A DNA stretch of 64,000 nt from Bacillota bacterium (GCA_050952625.1 JBMNLH010000001.1:608001-672000), one strand, 5' to 3'; counted from the first letter of the stretch, positions 52,436 through 63,370 are shown. Notes: generated from the sequence alone by a model not told the origin. Translations and numbers: made by a program.

Positions 52436-53396
52436 AGAACCGCTGGTTAGGGGAGCCTTAACCTTTGGCACAGCCGCTGGGGTTTGCTTGATCTTAGGTC
52501 CCGTATTGATTCCAATTCTTCGCCGCTTAAAGTTTGGTCAATGGGTGAGGGATGATGGGCCTAAGCGACACCTGACTAAGACCGGCACCCCAACGATGGG
52601 TGGTATACTTTTTTTAGCCGGGATTTTAACCGCGGTCCTGGCCTGGGCACCATTAAATCCAGAAGTTTATGTGCTGCTGGGAATAACTCTGGGATACGGT
52701 CTAATTGGCTTTATTGATGATTTTATCAAGGTAGTTATGCGCCGGCCTCTGGGGCTTAGGGCGAGGGAAAAGCTGGCTGGACAGATCATTTTAGGTTTAT
52801 TGCTTGGAGGAGCAGCGGTCTGGGGTTTAGACCGAGGATCAGCCCTGAGTATTCCGTATTTCGGATATACGTTGGATTTGAGTTACGGGTATATTTTCTT
52901 TGCCTTATTCTGGCTGGTCGGATTTGGCAATGCCGTAAACCTAACTGACGGGTTGGATGGATTAGCTGCTGGCAGTATTTTGGTGTCTATGCTGGCCTAT
53001 ACTTTTATTGCCTATTCATTGGACAAGATTAGCTTGGCTATTTTTGCGCTAGCGGTTGCTGGCGGTTGTTTAGGCTTTCTGGTTTTTAATCGTTACCCGG
53101 CTCGGGTTTTTATGGGGGATACTGGGTCCCTCGCTTTAGGCGGAGCTCTCGCCGGTCTGGCGGTCCTCACGCAAACTGAGCTGTTATTGCTGATAATCGG
53201 TGGCGTATTTGTAGTCGAGACATTGTCGGTAATCATTCAGGTTATTTCCTTTCAGACTACTGGCCGCCGGATCTTTTTAATGAGTCCTTTGCACCATCAT
53301 TTTGAATTAGCCGGCTGGTCAGAGGTCAAAGTAGTTCGGGTTTTTTGGACCATGGCTCTGATCTTGGCGGTTATAGGTGTAGCTATCTTCGGTTAG
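52428..53396 (+). CDS. mraY: Phospho-MurNAc-pentapeptide transferase
   Basis: [35 protein letters not shown]. Confidence 0.96.
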   Translation: MFEEPLVRGALTFGTAAGVCLILGPVLIPILRRLKFGQWVRDDGPKRHLTKTGTPTMGGILFLAGILTAVLAWAPLNPEVYVLLGITLGYGLIGFIDDFIKVVMRRPLGLRAREKLAGQIILGLLLGGAAVWGLDRGSALSIPYFGYTLDLSYGYIFFALFWLVGFGNAVNLTDGLDGLAAGSILVSMLAYTFIAYSLDKISLAIFALAVAGGCLGFLVFNRYPARVFMGDTGSLALGGALAGLAVLTQTELLLLIIGGVFVVETLSVIIQVISFQTTGRRIFLMSPLHHHFELAGWSEVKVVRVFWTMALILAVIGVAIFG

Positions 53397-53417
53397 TAGT
53401 TATGAGCAAGGGTTGAA

Positions 53418-53461
53418 TTTTAACTTAGTCAGCAGGCTAGACTGGGAATGAACCGCGTCGG
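53418..53461 (-). repeat. Dispersed repeat family B copy
   Basis: Reverse complement CCGACGCGGTTCATTCCCAGTCTAGCCTGCTGACTAAGTTAAAA; 33/44 identical to 29008-29051. Confidence 0.65.
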
Positions 53462-53517
53462 CTTTAGATTGAGAAGATTTAGTCGAATTCAATAATCTTA
53501 AAGGGTGGTGAACTATT

Positions 53518-54915
53518 GTGGATTTGAGTGGTCAAACTTTTATGGATCTTTACGGCCGGAAAATCCTCGTAGTTGGTTTGGGAAAAAGCGGTCTGGCGGC
53601 GTCTAGGGTGCTTAGAGAAAAAGGAGCCTCGGTCACAGCCTGTGATATCCGGAGTTTAGAGGATCTTGGGCCATCGGTGAAGCGACTGATTGACCGAGGG
53701 GTCAAGGTAGTGGCCGGGGATTATTTTTCAGTCAACCGGGAGAATACCGAACTGGTGGTAACTAGTCCCGGCATACCAAGGACCGAAAGTCCTCTAGTCG
53801 AAGCAGAACAGCAAGGAATACCAATTTGGGGAGAACTGGAACTGGCTTATCGTTATTCCCCGGCTCCCTTTGTGGGAATAACCGGCACGAATGGCAAAAC
53901 AACGACCACAGCCTTGGTTGGGGAAATTCTTAAAGAAGCCAGGTGCCCCTGTATTGTCGGAGGAAATATTGGTTTGCCCCTGGTGGAAGAGGTAATTCGG
54001 CTTACCCCGGAACATATTGTGGTTGCTGAGGTAAGCAGTTTTCAGTTGGAAAGTATCGAAAAATTCAGGCCCCAAGTAGCCGCAGTTTTGAATATAACCC
54101 CGGATCACTTGGATCGTCATTATTCAATGGAAGGTTATATGGCGGCTAAGGCCCGTATTTTAGAAAACCAACAGGAACAGGACTTTGCAGTCTTAAACTA
54201 TGATGACATGCTGACGCGAATGCTGGCCACTCAGGCCCGAGGAAACGTTGTGTTTTTTAGTCGACTTCGACAGTTAGACCAGGGGGTGTACATTGAGGAT
54301 AATCAGGTGGTAGTAAACCTGGATGGCCAGAAGGTACCCCTTTTGCCCACAGCCGAAATTCGGATTCCTGGTGCCCACAATTTAGAAAACGCCCTAGCGG
54401 CAGTAGCTTGCACCTGGGTATTAGGGATTAGTCCGGCTAAAATACGCGATACCTTGCGGGTATTTCCCGGCGTTCCTCACCGGCTGGAGTTTGTCGCGGA
54501 GATTAATGGGGTCCAATTCATTAATGATTCCAAAGGGACCAATCCCGATGCGGCAATCAAGGCCTTAGAAGCCTATCCCAATCCCTTGATTTTAATTGCC
54601 GGGGGAAAAAACAAAGGGAGCGATTTTGCGGAGTTAGCGGCTAAAATAAAGGAAAGGGTGCGGACCTTGGTTTTAGTTGGACAGGCGGCACCAGATATTC
54701 GAGATGCGGTTGAGAGAGTTGGTTATCGGAATATCTACCAGGCCAGCACTTTCGAAGAGGCGGTGCTAACTGCTGCTCGTTTAGCTCAACCAGGATATGT
54801 GGTTCTCTTGTCGCCGGCTTGTGCCAGTTGGGATATGTTTAACAGTTATGAAGAAAGAGGGAATCTGTTTAAGCGAATAGTGCAGGACCTAAATATCAGG
54901 CTGCAAAAAGGCTAG
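53518..54915 (+). CDS. murD: UDP-MurNAc-L-Ala--D-Glu ligase
   Basis: GLGKSG, GTNGKTT, EVSSFQL, NDSKGTN, SPACASWD. Confidence 0.96.
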   Translation: MDLSGQTFMDLYGRKILVVGLGKSGLAASRVLREKGASVTACDIRSLEDLGPSVKRLIDRGVKVVAGDYFSVNRENTELVVTSPGIPRTESPLVEAEQQGIPIWGELELAYRYSPAPFVGITGTNGKTTTTALVGEILKEARCPCIVGGNIGLPLVEEVIRLTPEHIVVAEVSSFQLESIEKFRPQVAAVLNITPDHLDRHYSMEGYMAAKARILENQQEQDFAVLNYDDMLTRMLATQARGNVVFFSRLRQLDQGVYIEDNQVVVNLDGQKVPLLPTAEIRIPGAHNLENALAAVACTWVLGISPAKIRDTLRVFPGVPHRLEFVAEINGVQFINDSKGTNPDAAIKALEAYPNPLILIAGGKNKGSDFAELAAKIKERVRTLVLVGQAAPDIRDAVERVGYRNIYQASTFEEAVLTAARLAQPGYVVLLSPACASWDMFNSYEERGNLFKRIVQDLNIRLQKG

Positions 54916-54955
54916 GTTTTGATTAGGGTGTGATCTTGTGGGGGGGTGAAAAACA

Positions 54956-56062
54956 GTGCGGCTGAAGAAGCGAGCTCCAGATTTTTTGATCTTTTTAACT
55001 ACCATATTATTGCTGGCACTCGGCGTAGTTATGGTCTTTAGTGCTAGTGCCGTCACCGCGGAGCAGAAATTTGGCGATGCTTTTTATTTTTTGAAAAACC
55101 AATTAACTTGGGCAGTAATTGGAATTGTCGCTATGGTAGTGGCTATGTCGGTTGATTACTATCGGATCAAGAAACTGGCCTGGCCAGCTTTAATAATTGG
55201 CGTATTGTGTTTGATAGCAGTTTTAGCTCCCGGTATTGGTAAGGAGGTTAAGGGTGCCCAGCGTTGGATTGGGATCGGCTCAGCCTCGTTTGCCCCTTCC
55301 GAAATGATCAAGCTTTGTTTAATTTTTTTTATGGCCTTCAGCCTCAGTGAATACGGCGATAAAATCAAAGACCTGATAAAGGGGTTAGGGCCTCATTTGG
55401 GAATTTTAGGTTTAGTAGTGGTGTTGATCATGCTTCAGCCGGATCTCGGAACAACCGTGGCTGTAGCTGGCACTGTCTATTTTATGCTGTTAGCCGCTGG
55501 GGCTCGCTGGGGGCATCTGATTGGTTTAGCAGTGATTGGGGTAGCCGGGGTACTAGTGCTTATTATTACGGAAGAATATCGATGGCAGCGCTTTACTGCT
55601 TTTTTAAACCCTTGGAAGGATCCTTTGGATACTGGCTTTCAAACTATCCAGTCTTTATATGCCCTGGGATCAGGCGGCCTGTTTGGGGTTGGTTTAGGCC
55701 GGAGCCACCAAAAGATGTTTTACCTGCCGGAACAGCACTCTGACTTTATCTTCTCGATCTTGGGCGAAGAACTAGGTTATCTCGGTGTGCTGGTCGTCAT
55801 TGGCCTTTTATTTCTTTTTATCTGGCGGGGACTAAGAACTGCGATAACCTGTCCGGATGCCTTTGGTAGTTTACTGGCCGTGGGGATTACCTGCTGGATC
55901 GGCTTGCAGGCAATCATCAACATCGGTGTCGCTTCTGGCAGCTTACCGGTCACCGGCATTACCTTTCCCTTACTGAGTTATGGCGGTTCATCCCTTTTAT
56001 TCACTCTTACCGGTATCGGTATGTTGTTAAATATATCCAAGTTTAGTACACAAGGACGGTGA
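54956..56062 (+). CDS. spoVE: SEDS peptidoglycan polymerase SpoVE/FtsW
   Basis: GAQRWI, QPDLGT, LPEQHSDFIF, SYGGSS. Confidence 0.9.
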   Translation: MRLKKRAPDFLIFLTTILLLALGVVMVFSASAVTAEQKFGDAFYFLKNQLTWAVIGIVAMVVAMSVDYYRIKKLAWPALIIGVLCLIAVLAPGIGKEVKGAQRWIGIGSASFAPSEMIKLCLIFFMAFSLSEYGDKIKDLIKGLGPHLGILGLVVVLIMLQPDLGTTVAVAGTVYFMLLAAGARWGHLIGLAVIGVAGVLVLIITEEYRWQRFTAFLNPWKDPLDTGFQTIQSLYALGSGGLFGVGLGRSHQKMFYLPEQHSDFIFSILGEELGYLGVLVVIGLLFLFIWRGLRTAITCPDAFGSLLAVGITCWIGLQAIINIGVASGSLPVTGITFPLLSYGGSSLLFTLTGIGMLLNISKFSTQGR

Positions 56063-56081
56063 AGCCCTTTTCGGGCGAAGT

Positions 56082-57200
56082 GTGCGAGTTGTATTTACTG
56101 GTGGGGGTACCGGCGGGCACCTCTATCCAGCTTTGGCAATAGCGCGGTATCTCCAAAAAGTTTATCCCAAGATTCAAATTCTTTTTATCGGAACGGCGCA
56201 GGGACTAGAAGCAGAAATCGTTCCCAGAGCGGGTTTTAATTTTCTGACCATCAGCTCACAGGGATTGAAACGAAGGTTTAGCTGGTCAAATATTAAGACT
56301 GGTTGGCTCGTTTTGCGTGGTTTGCGGGAATCTAGAAGGATTTTGAAGCAATTTGCCCCCGATCTGGTTGTGGGGACCGGGGGCTATGTTTGTGGTCCGG
56401 TAGTTCTGATGGCCCATTGGCTGGGAATACCGAGCGCAATCCACGAACAGAACGCTTGGCCTGGAATCACGAACCGGATTTTATCTCGGTTGGTAAGTTT
56501 AGTCATGACTACTTTTGAAGAATCTAAACCTCATTTTACTCGGGCGGCTCGAGTGGAGGTAACCGGGTTGCCAATCCGGCCTGAAATAATGGAAGTTAAT
56601 CGTTTAGCTGGTGCCAAGAGTTTAAATCTCAACCCCCAACTTCTAACAATCCTGGTAGTGGGAGGTAGTCGGGGAGCCCAGAGTATTAATCGGGCGATGC
56701 TAACGATTCTTGAGCATTATCAAAATCGGCCAGATATCCAGATCGTACAGGTTACGGGGACTTTGGGATATGAGGAAACAAGAAAGTCTATTATCGAACG
56801 GGGTTTAGATCTGGAGGAAAGTGGGAATATTAGAGTTGTTCCTTATCTTTATGATATAGAGAACGCTCTGGCAGTGGCGGATTTAATGATTTGTCGAGCC
56901 GGAGCGGCAACTTTAGCGGAGATTAGTGCTAAAGGGATTCCCTCTGTTTTAATCCCGTATCCTTATGCCTCAGAGAACCACCAGGAACACAACGCTCGGG
57001 CGTTTGAGGCACAGGGAGCGGCAGTAGTGATTAAAGATCGTGACCTTAGCGGCGAAAAATTATTAGCTGCGGTCCAGGAACTTTTGGAAGAACCGGGCAG
57101 GTTGTCCCGGATGGCCGTGGCGGCACATAAACTCGGCCGGCCTCAGGCGGTCAAGGAAATCGTATCCTTACTTAGCAACTACCTACAACCAGTCAAGTGA
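56082..57200 (+). CDS. murG: Lipid II GlcNAc transferase
   Basis: GGGTGGH, HEQN, GGSRGA, RAGA, HQEHNA. Confidence 0.96.
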   Translation: MRVVFTGGGTGGHLYPALAIARYLQKVYPKIQILFIGTAQGLEAEIVPRAGFNFLTISSQGLKRRFSWSNIKTGWLVLRGLRESRRILKQFAPDLVVGTGGYVCGPVVLMAHWLGIPSAIHEQNAWPGITNRILSRLVSLVMTTFEESKPHFTRAARVEVTGLPIRPEIMEVNRLAGAKSLNLNPQLLTILVVGGSRGAQSINRAMLTILEHYQNRPDIQIVQVTGTLGYEETRKSIIERGLDLEESGNIRVVPYLYDIENALAVADLMICRAGAATLAEISAKGIPSVLIPYPYASENHQEHNARAFEAQGAAVVIKDRDLSGEKLLAAVQELLEEPGRLSRMAVAAHKLGRPQAVKEIVSLLSNYLQPVK

Positions 57201-57317
57201 AGACGCTATAGTCACAACTATAACTAATATTGCATAAGATGGAGTGCCAGAAGGTACAATTTGTCGCTACTAGCTATCTACTCGGGTACCTAAGACAGAA
57301 GTGCAGGGCCGGAAGGA

Positions 57318-58784
57318 GTGACATTAACTTTGATAACCTGGTTATGTCAGCGCGAGGCTATGAAGAAAGAAACATATCAATTGGAATCAGCCACTATCCC
57401 TGTAGAGGCGAACGGCGGATTCCACTTCATCGGAATTGGTGGAGTCGGCATGAGTGGTATTGCTCAGGTTCTGCTGCGACAGGGATACCGGGTAACCGGT
57501 TCAGATCTGAATTCTGGAGAAGTTACTCGGCATTTAGCTGCCGAAGGAGCGACTATTTATCAAGGACACACTGCAGAAAACCTGGGCCCTGACATTACTA
57601 GGGTTGTGGTTTCATCAGCGATTCCATTAACTAACCCTGAAATTGTGGAAGCGCGGCGTCGCGGACTAGCTGTGGTCCACCGAAGTGATATGCTGGCTTT
57701 TTTAATGAATCCGCATAAGGGAATAGCCGTAGCCGGTGCTCACGGCAAAACAACAACCTCTGCCATGATTGCGCTGGTTTTAGAGAGAAATGGCCTAGAT
57801 CCAACAGTCTTGGTCGGTGGTCATGTTAAAGAATTACAGGGTAATGCTAAATTAGGAACCAGCGAGTATTTAGTCGCTGAGGCTGATGAAAGCGATGGTT
57901 CTTTTCTGAAGTTAATCCCGTATTGTGCTGTGGTGACCAATGTAGAAAATGATCATCTTGATTATTATCATTGTCTGGACAATATTCGGGAAGCTTTTAT
58001 CCGTTTCCTCGGGCAGGTTAAACCGGATGGATTTGCCGTAGTCTGTGGGGAAGATCCGTTTTTACAATCCGCGGCAGCGCGAAATTCACGGCGTTACTTG
58101 ACCTATGGCCTTAAATCCGGTATGGATTATTGGCTCAGCGGCATTGATGGTCACGGTTTTGAAACCTGGGGAGATGTTTATTACCGGAATCAGAGACTTG
58201 GTCGCCTAATCTTAAACGTACCTGGGGTTCATAATTTGATGAACGCTTTGGCGGCTATTGCGGTAGCTCAGGAATTAGGTCTGAGTTTTCAGCCAGTAGC
58301 CGATTCTCTTTATGACTTTCATGGGGTCCATCGTCGTTTTGAGGTGGTGGGTGAGATTAACGGGGTATTAGTGGTCGACGATTATGCCCATCACCCGACT
58401 GAGATCAAAGCAACGCTAAGGGCCGCGCGTCAGATGTCTGTTCAACGTTTGGTTGCGGTCTTTCAACCGCACCGTTTTACCCGAACGCATTTCCTGCGGG
58501 AGGAGTTTGGCGATGCCTTCCAAGAAGCGGACCAGGTGATTATTAATGATATTTATTCAGCCGGCGAAGCACCAATTGAAGGGGTTACCGCTCGAATATT
58601 AGTTGAAGAGATTAAAAAACAAGGGATCCAGCCAGTGGATTATTTTTCGACCCGAGAAGAAATTGTTGACTACCTCGTAGACAAGGTAAAACCGGGAGAT
58701 CTGGTTATCACGATGGGAGCCGGTCATATCTGGACCGTCGGCCGGGACCTGGTGGAGCGATTACACAATTCATCTATCCCTTAG
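57318..58784 (+). CDS. murC: UDP-MurNAc--L-Ala ligase
   Basis: FIGIGGVGMSG, GAHGKTT, EADESD, DDYAHHPTE. True start may be 57330 or 57360. Confidence 0.95.
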   Translation: MTLTLITWLCQREAMKKETYQLESATIPVEANGGFHFIGIGGVGMSGIAQVLLRQGYRVTGSDLNSGEVTRHLAAEGATIYQGHTAENLGPDITRVVVSSAIPLTNPEIVEARRRGLAVVHRSDMLAFLMNPHKGIAVAGAHGKTTTSAMIALVLERNGLDPTVLVGGHVKELQGNAKLGTSEYLVAEADESDGSFLKLIPYCAVVTNVENDHLDYYHCLDNIREAFIRFLGQVKPDGFAVVCGEDPFLQSAAARNSRRYLTYGLKSGMDYWLSGIDGHGFETWGDVYYRNQRLGRLILNVPGVHNLMNALAAIAVAQELGLSFQPVADSLYDFHGVHRRFEVVGEINGVLVVDDYAHHPTEIKATLRAARQMSVQRLVAVFQPHRFTRTHFLREEFGDAFQEADQVIINDIYSAGEAPIEGVTARILVEEIKKQGIQPVDYFSTREEIVDYLVDKVKPGDLVITMGAGHIWTVGRDLVERLHNSSIP

Positions 58785-58867
58785 TGGGGCATTATGGTTA
58801 TGAAAGGAGTTGAAAGTTGTAACAATAAGTGCCCCGGCTCAATTCCGGGGTGCGGGAGGTTGCAACT

Positions 58868-60121
58868 ATGGATAGAATAAGGATTTTAGGGGGAAATCGC
58901 CTGGAGGGGGAAGTTAAAGCCAGTGGGGCAAAAAACGCCTCTCTGCCCATTCTGGCGGCCTGCTTATTAACTCGTGGTGAATGTGTGTTACATGGAATTC
59001 CCTGTCTGCGTGATGTGGAGGTTATGCTGCAGGTTCTGCGTTCCCTTGGTGCTCGCGTTACTTGGCAGGGTTCCGATTTGGTTGTTTCTGCCCAGGAAGT
59101 AGTAGCGACGGAAATACCGGAATCCTTGATGCGTCAGATGCGGGCTTCAAATCTGGTAATGGGTGCCTTATTAGGTCGATGCGGTACTTTCAAGGCTTTT
59201 ACCCCTGGTGGGTGCGCCATTGGTTCACGCCCGATGGATCTGCACCTTAAAGGTTTTAACACTTTAGGAGCGAAAATAAATCAAGAGTATGGTTTTATTA
59301 CCGGGAAGTCGCAACGCGTTAGGGGTGCCTCAATCCAATTGGATTTTCCTTCAGTTGGAGCAACCGAGAATCTAATGATGGCCGCAACCCTGGCCGAAGG
59401 AGTGACGGTTATCCGCAATGCGGCTCGAGAACCAGAAATCGTTGACCTGCAGAATTTTCTGCGTCGCCTAGGAGCGAGGATTTGGGGGGCCGGAACGCAC
59501 GAGATAAGAATTGAGGGAGTGGCTAATCTGGGAAGTGGAGAGCATACGGTAATTCCGGATCGAATCGAGACGGGGACTTTTCTAGTCGCCGGGGTGCTTA
59601 CCCAAGGGGATGTCCTGATTTCTAATGCAATCGAAGGGCACGTAGAATCCATTTTAGCCAAACTCCAGGAAGCCGGGGCTGAAGTCTCCTCGGCGAAAGA
59701 AGGGGTCCGCGTCCGGGGAGGTCGTTGTTTGAAAGCGGTTGATGTCAAAACTCTCCCTTATCCCGGTTTTCCCACTGATATGCAGCCCCAGATTGTCACC
59801 CTCCTGTCTGTGGCTAATGGCACCAGTTTGGTAACGGAAACTATTTTCGAAAACCGCTTTAAACATATTGATGAACTCCGTCGGATGGGAGCCAGGGTAC
59901 GCTTAGAAGGAAGGAGCGTTATTATATATGGTGTTCCTCGACTGACTGGAGCAATCGTCGAGGCCAGTGATTTACGGGCGGGAGCAGCCCTGATCCTGGC
60001 GGGTCTGGTAGCTGATGGTGAGACTCTGGTAGAGGGAACGGTCCACATTGATCGTGGCTATGAACGGTTGGAGGAAAAGTTTAAACAACTGGGAGCCAAT
60101 ATCCAACGGCTAACAAAATGA
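58868..60121 (+). CDS. murA: UDP-GlcNAc 1-carboxyvinyltransferase
   Basis: GAKNA, PGGCAIGSRP, SVGATEN, DLRAGA. ATG 58868 follows GGGAGG. Confidence 0.96.
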   Translation: MDRIRILGGNRLEGEVKASGAKNASLPILAACLLTRGECVLHGIPCLRDVEVMLQVLRSLGARVTWQGSDLVVSAQEVVATEIPESLMRQMRASNLVMGALLGRCGTFKAFTPGGCAIGSRPMDLHLKGFNTLGAKINQEYGFITGKSQRVRGASIQLDFPSVGATENLMMAATLAEGVTVIRNAAREPEIVDLQNFLRRLGARIWGAGTHEIRIEGVANLGSGEHTVIPDRIETGTFLVAGVLTQGDVLISNAIEGHVESILAKLQEAGAEVSSAKEGVRVRGGRCLKAVDVKTLPYPGFPTDMQPQIVTLLSVANGTSLVTETIFENRFKHIDELRRMGARVRLEGRSVIIYGVPRLTGAIVEASDLRAGAALILAGLVADGETLVEGTVHIDRGYERLEEKFKQLGANIQRLTK

Positions 60122-60133
60122 AGTTAAAGGTAA

Positions 60134-60167
60134 TTCTCCCAGAATTTCTTTTGGGAGTGTTTTTTTT
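60134..60167 (+). terminator. Terminator after murA
   Basis: CTCCCAGAA/TTTTGGGAG stem plus T tract. Confidence 0.65.
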
Positions 60168-60228
60168 GTTTAGCCGTTGGACAAGGAATCTATTTCTGAT
60201 ATAATTACTTTGTTGGAGGGTGTGGTGA

Positions 60229-60999
60229 ATGACTGCCCCTATTATTAATCCCAAAAGAAATGAAACTTCAGTATTGTGGCGACTTCTGTTAAGCTTTACT
60301 TTTTTGCTTTTATCAACTACGGCTTTGTATTTCTTTTTGCACTCGCCGGTCTTTGGGATCAAAGAGGTGGTGGTTGAGGGCAACCAGTCGTTGGGTTCGG
60401 CGGAAATTATTCGGCTGAGCGGGGTGGTTCCCGGTACCAACATCTTTCTGCTTGATGAAGAACAGATTCAGGGCCGGTTGCATTTACATTCTCTTCTTGA
60501 GACAGTCAAAATCGAACGAAGGTTACCCAATAGGCTAATCATTCAAGTACAAGAAAGGGTCCCCTGCCTTCTTCTGCCGGTGACTGATGGCTTTGTGGTA
60601 GTTGATCATCAAGGAGTTTACCTTACCCGGGTAGGGAGTATAGTGGAGATTAATCGGCCAGTGGTGACGGGCTGTGTAGTTCCGTCAGATGTTCTGCCAG
60701 GGCAAGTAATTGATGTTGTCATTTTGCAGCAGTTTCTTCCGGTTGTCGACCAGATGAGTTTTGAGACGGTACAATCAATTTCGGAGATTAATTTAGAATC
60801 CGCTGAAAGAATCAAGATATATTCGCTAAATGGGGTGGAGATCAAGGTAGGAACAATTGATCATCTAGTAGAACATTTGGATTTACTGCAACAGATTTTG
60901 ACAGTAGAACTCAAACAGTTAGATCAGCCAATTGAGTATATCGATATGAGTTTTAAGGGGTCGCCAGTAATCAAGTTTGCGCAGGGAAAGACGAGGTGA
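60229..60999 (+). CDS. ftsQ: Cell division protein FtsQ/DivIB
   Basis: TM plus POTRA (SPVFGIKEVVVEGN..RRLPNRL..ER), YIDM. Confidence 0.88.
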   Translation: MTAPIINPKRNETSVLWRLLLSFTFLLLSTTALYFFLHSPVFGIKEVVVEGNQSLGSAEIIRLSGVVPGTNIFLLDEEQIQGRLHLHSLLETVKIERRLPNRLIIQVQERVPCLLLPVTDGFVVVDHQGVYLTRVGSIVEINRPVVTGCVVPSDVLPGQVIDVVILQQFLPVVDQMSFETVQSISEINLESAERIKIYSLNGVEIKVGTIDHLVEHLDLLQQILTVELKQLDQPIEYIDMSFKGSPVIKFAQGKTR

Positions 61000-61715
61000 A
61001 CCGAATGAAATCACGTAGCGGTTATCTTACCATTGCCCTAGTATCCATGGTTTTAGGTCTAATGTTAGCGGTTCAGTTTAAGGTTACTCAGGGCAGCCCA
61101 GCTGATTTTGGTACTCGAAGAACTCAAGATGTCGTTAATGAACTGAAACAGGTCACCGAAGAAAGGGACAACCTGAAAATTGAACTTGATGAGTTAAGAA
61201 TTAGCTTGAATAAGGCTATCTCCGGGCAGCAAGAAGGTTACGAGGCTTTAGTGGAGGAATTAAATAAAGCCCGACAGTCGGCTGGTTTGTTGGAAATGAA
61301 GGGTCCGGGGATAACCCTTACCCTGAACGATAGCACTAAGGTTCTCCAACCGGGAGAAGACCCTAACCTTTACCTGATTCACGATGAGGATCTGTTAAAG
61401 GTGGTTAATGAGCTTAAAGCAGCCGGAGCCGAGGCGATTTCGGTCAATGGCCAGCGCGTTTTAGCAACTACCGAGATTCGATGTGCTGGACCCATAATCC
61501 AGGTTAACGGGAATCGCATTGCCCCGCCTTTTGTGGTCACCGCCATTGGCGATCCTAATTCCCTGGAGAGTTCTCTAAACCTCAAGGGGGGAGTATTGGA
61601 AAGCTTGCAATTTTGGGGGATTCAGACCAGCATTGAGAAACCTAAAGAGGTGATTGTTCCCGGTTATTCCGGGACGATCAAGTTTAAATATGCTAGTCCG
61701 GTCAAAGAGGGGTGA
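60996..61715 (+). CDS. DUF881 protein (YlxX-like)
   Basis: GPGITLTLND, HDEDLL.VNEL.AAGAEAISVNGQR. Confidence 0.9.
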   Translation: MNRMKSRSGYLTIALVSMVLGLMLAVQFKVTQGSPADFGTRRTQDVVNELKQVTEERDNLKIELDELRISLNKAISGQQEGYEALVEELNKARQSAGLLEMKGPGITLTLNDSTKVLQPGEDPNLYLIHDEDLLKVVNELKAAGAEAISVNGQRVLATTEIRCAGPIIQVNGNRIAPPFVVTAIGDPNSLESSLNLKGGVLESLQFWGIQTSIEKPKEVIVPGYSGTIKFKYASPVKEG

Positions 61716-62057
61716 GTGCTTATGCTGTGGTTTCTGGCGCTATTAGGCTTATTGGCTGGGGTTTTGCTCGGTTTAAATTCACCATTGGTTATTCCAGCAA
61801 TTTATTCTAAGTATATGTCAGTGGCTATCCTGGCCGCCCTCGACTCAGTTTTTGGCGGACTTCGCTCGTCAATGGAAGATACCTTTGATAATCTAGTCTT
61901 TATAACTGGTTTTTTTAGCAATGCCCTTCTAGCAGCCTTGCTCGCCTATATAGGAGATCATTTAGGGGTTGAGCTTTATATGGCAGCTATTGTCGCTTTT
62001 GGAGTTCGCATATTCCAGAATTTAGCAATAATTCGTCGGCATTTCCTAAAAAATTAA
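61716..62057 (+). CDS. sbp: Small basic protein (DUF1290)
   Basis: AILAALDSVFGG, FGVRIFQNLAIIRR. Confidence 0.9.
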   Translation: MLMLWFLALLGLLAGVLLGLNSPLVIPAIYSKYMSVAILAALDSVFGGLRSSMEDTFDNLVFITGFFSNALLAALLAYIGDHLGVELYMAAIVAFGVRIFQNLAIIRRHFLKN

Positions 62058-62140
62058 TCCTAAAATTTGGAATTAAAAAGAGGGGATTTATACTTTATGT
62101 GGAAATAGTTTACGCAGTATAATCTGGCGGGAGGTGCGCC

Positions 62141-63370
62141 ATGGCCAGGCGGAACATTGTCGTCGGCTTGGATATTGGCACGACCAAAATAACGGCCCTA
62201 GTAGGCGAAGTGGGGACTAACGGTCAGGTTTATATAATTGGAGTCGGTGAAACTCCTTCCAGAGGCTTGCGTAAAGGAGCCATTGTCAATATTGACGAAA
62301 CTGTCCGTTCAATTGACTTAGCCATAGAAAAGGCGGAACGGATGAGTGGGGTCGAGATAAATGATGTTTTTGTTGGGGTCGCCGGACCTAATATTAGTTC
62401 CATTAATAACCAAGGCGTGATTGCGATTACCGGTCCTAACCGAGAAATTCTTGTGGATGATGTTCAGCGAGTTCTGCGAAATGTTCGAATGGTGGGACTT
62501 CCGGCTGAACGTAAGATTATCCATGTTATACCCCGACAGTTTATTGTTGATGGTTATGACGGTGTTCGTGACCCGGTGGGAATGGCCGGAGTCAGGCTTG
62601 AGGTAGAAGCACATATTATTACCGGTTCAACCACCTATTTACAAAACGTTTACAAGATAATCCAAAGTACCGGACTTAAACTTTTAAATCTAATGGTTAG
62701 TCCGATTGCCGCGGCAGAAGCGGTCTTGTATTCTAGCGAAAAGCAATTGGGTTCAATTTTAGTCGATATCGGTGGAGGAACGACCGATGTGACCCTTTAC
62801 GATGGGGGTAGTCCTTGGTTAACCTTTGCCTTACCTATTGGAGGAGATCATATCACCTGTGATTTGGCTGTCGGGCTTCGTACTACTTTGGTTGAGGCGG
62901 AAAGAATTAAACAGGAAAACGGATGTGTGCTGGTTCAGTTAGCCCCGGAACATGAATTAATATCTGTGGCAGCAGTCGGGGGAAACGGGATAAACCAGGT
63001 TTCACGCAAAAAAATAGCTAGTATTATCCAACCAAGGGTGCAAGAAATATTTGCTCTGATCCGAGAAGAAGTTGAAAAATCCGGGTACCGGGGAATACTT
63101 CCCGGCGGATGTGTCCTGACCGGCGGATCAGTTCTAATTGATGGCATGGTAGAACTAACCCAGGAAGAGTTGCAACTGCCAGTGCGCCTTGGTTATCCGG
63201 AAGGAATAGGCGGACTGGCTGAAGTGGTCCGGAGCCCACAATACTCTACGGTTGTCGGCCTGGTACTTCAGGCGGCTAGGAATTATCGGGAAGATTTGGT
63301 TCCCGAAGGAGATCCTTTATTGGGTGGGATTTGGGGAAGAATTAGATCTTGGTGGCGGGAAATGGCTTAA
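62141..63370 (+). CDS. ftsA: Cell division protein FtsA
   Basis: GLDIGTTK, VDIGGGTT, VLTGG. Confidence 0.96.
   Translation: MARRNIVVGLDIGTTKITALVGEVGTNGQVYIIGVGETPSRGLRKGAIVNIDETVRSIDLAIEKAERMSGVEINDVFVGVAGPNISSINNQGVIAITGPNREILVDDVQRVLRNVRMVGLPAERKIIHVIPRQFIVDGYDGVRDPVGMAGVRLEVEAHIITGSTTYLQNVYKIIQSTGLKLLNLMVSPIAAAEAVLYSSEKQLGSILVDIGGGTTDVTLYDGGSPWLTFALPIGGDHITCDLAVGLRTTLVEAERIKQENGCVLVQLAPEHELISVAAVGGNGINQVSRKKIASIIQPRVQEIFALIREEVEKSGYRGILPGGCVLTGGSVLIDGMVELTQEELQLPVRLGYPEGIGGLAEVVRSPQYSTVVGLVLQAARNYREDLVPEGDPLLGGIWGRIRSWWREMA

Noticed and set aside
57205-57240. Sigma-E/K-like promoter (CATAAGAT) before murC
   Set aside because: The -35 element cannot be assigned convincingly.
57200-60121. 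murB absent and murA inside the dcw cluster
   Set aside because: Common variation among Clostridia; murB is often encoded elsewhere.
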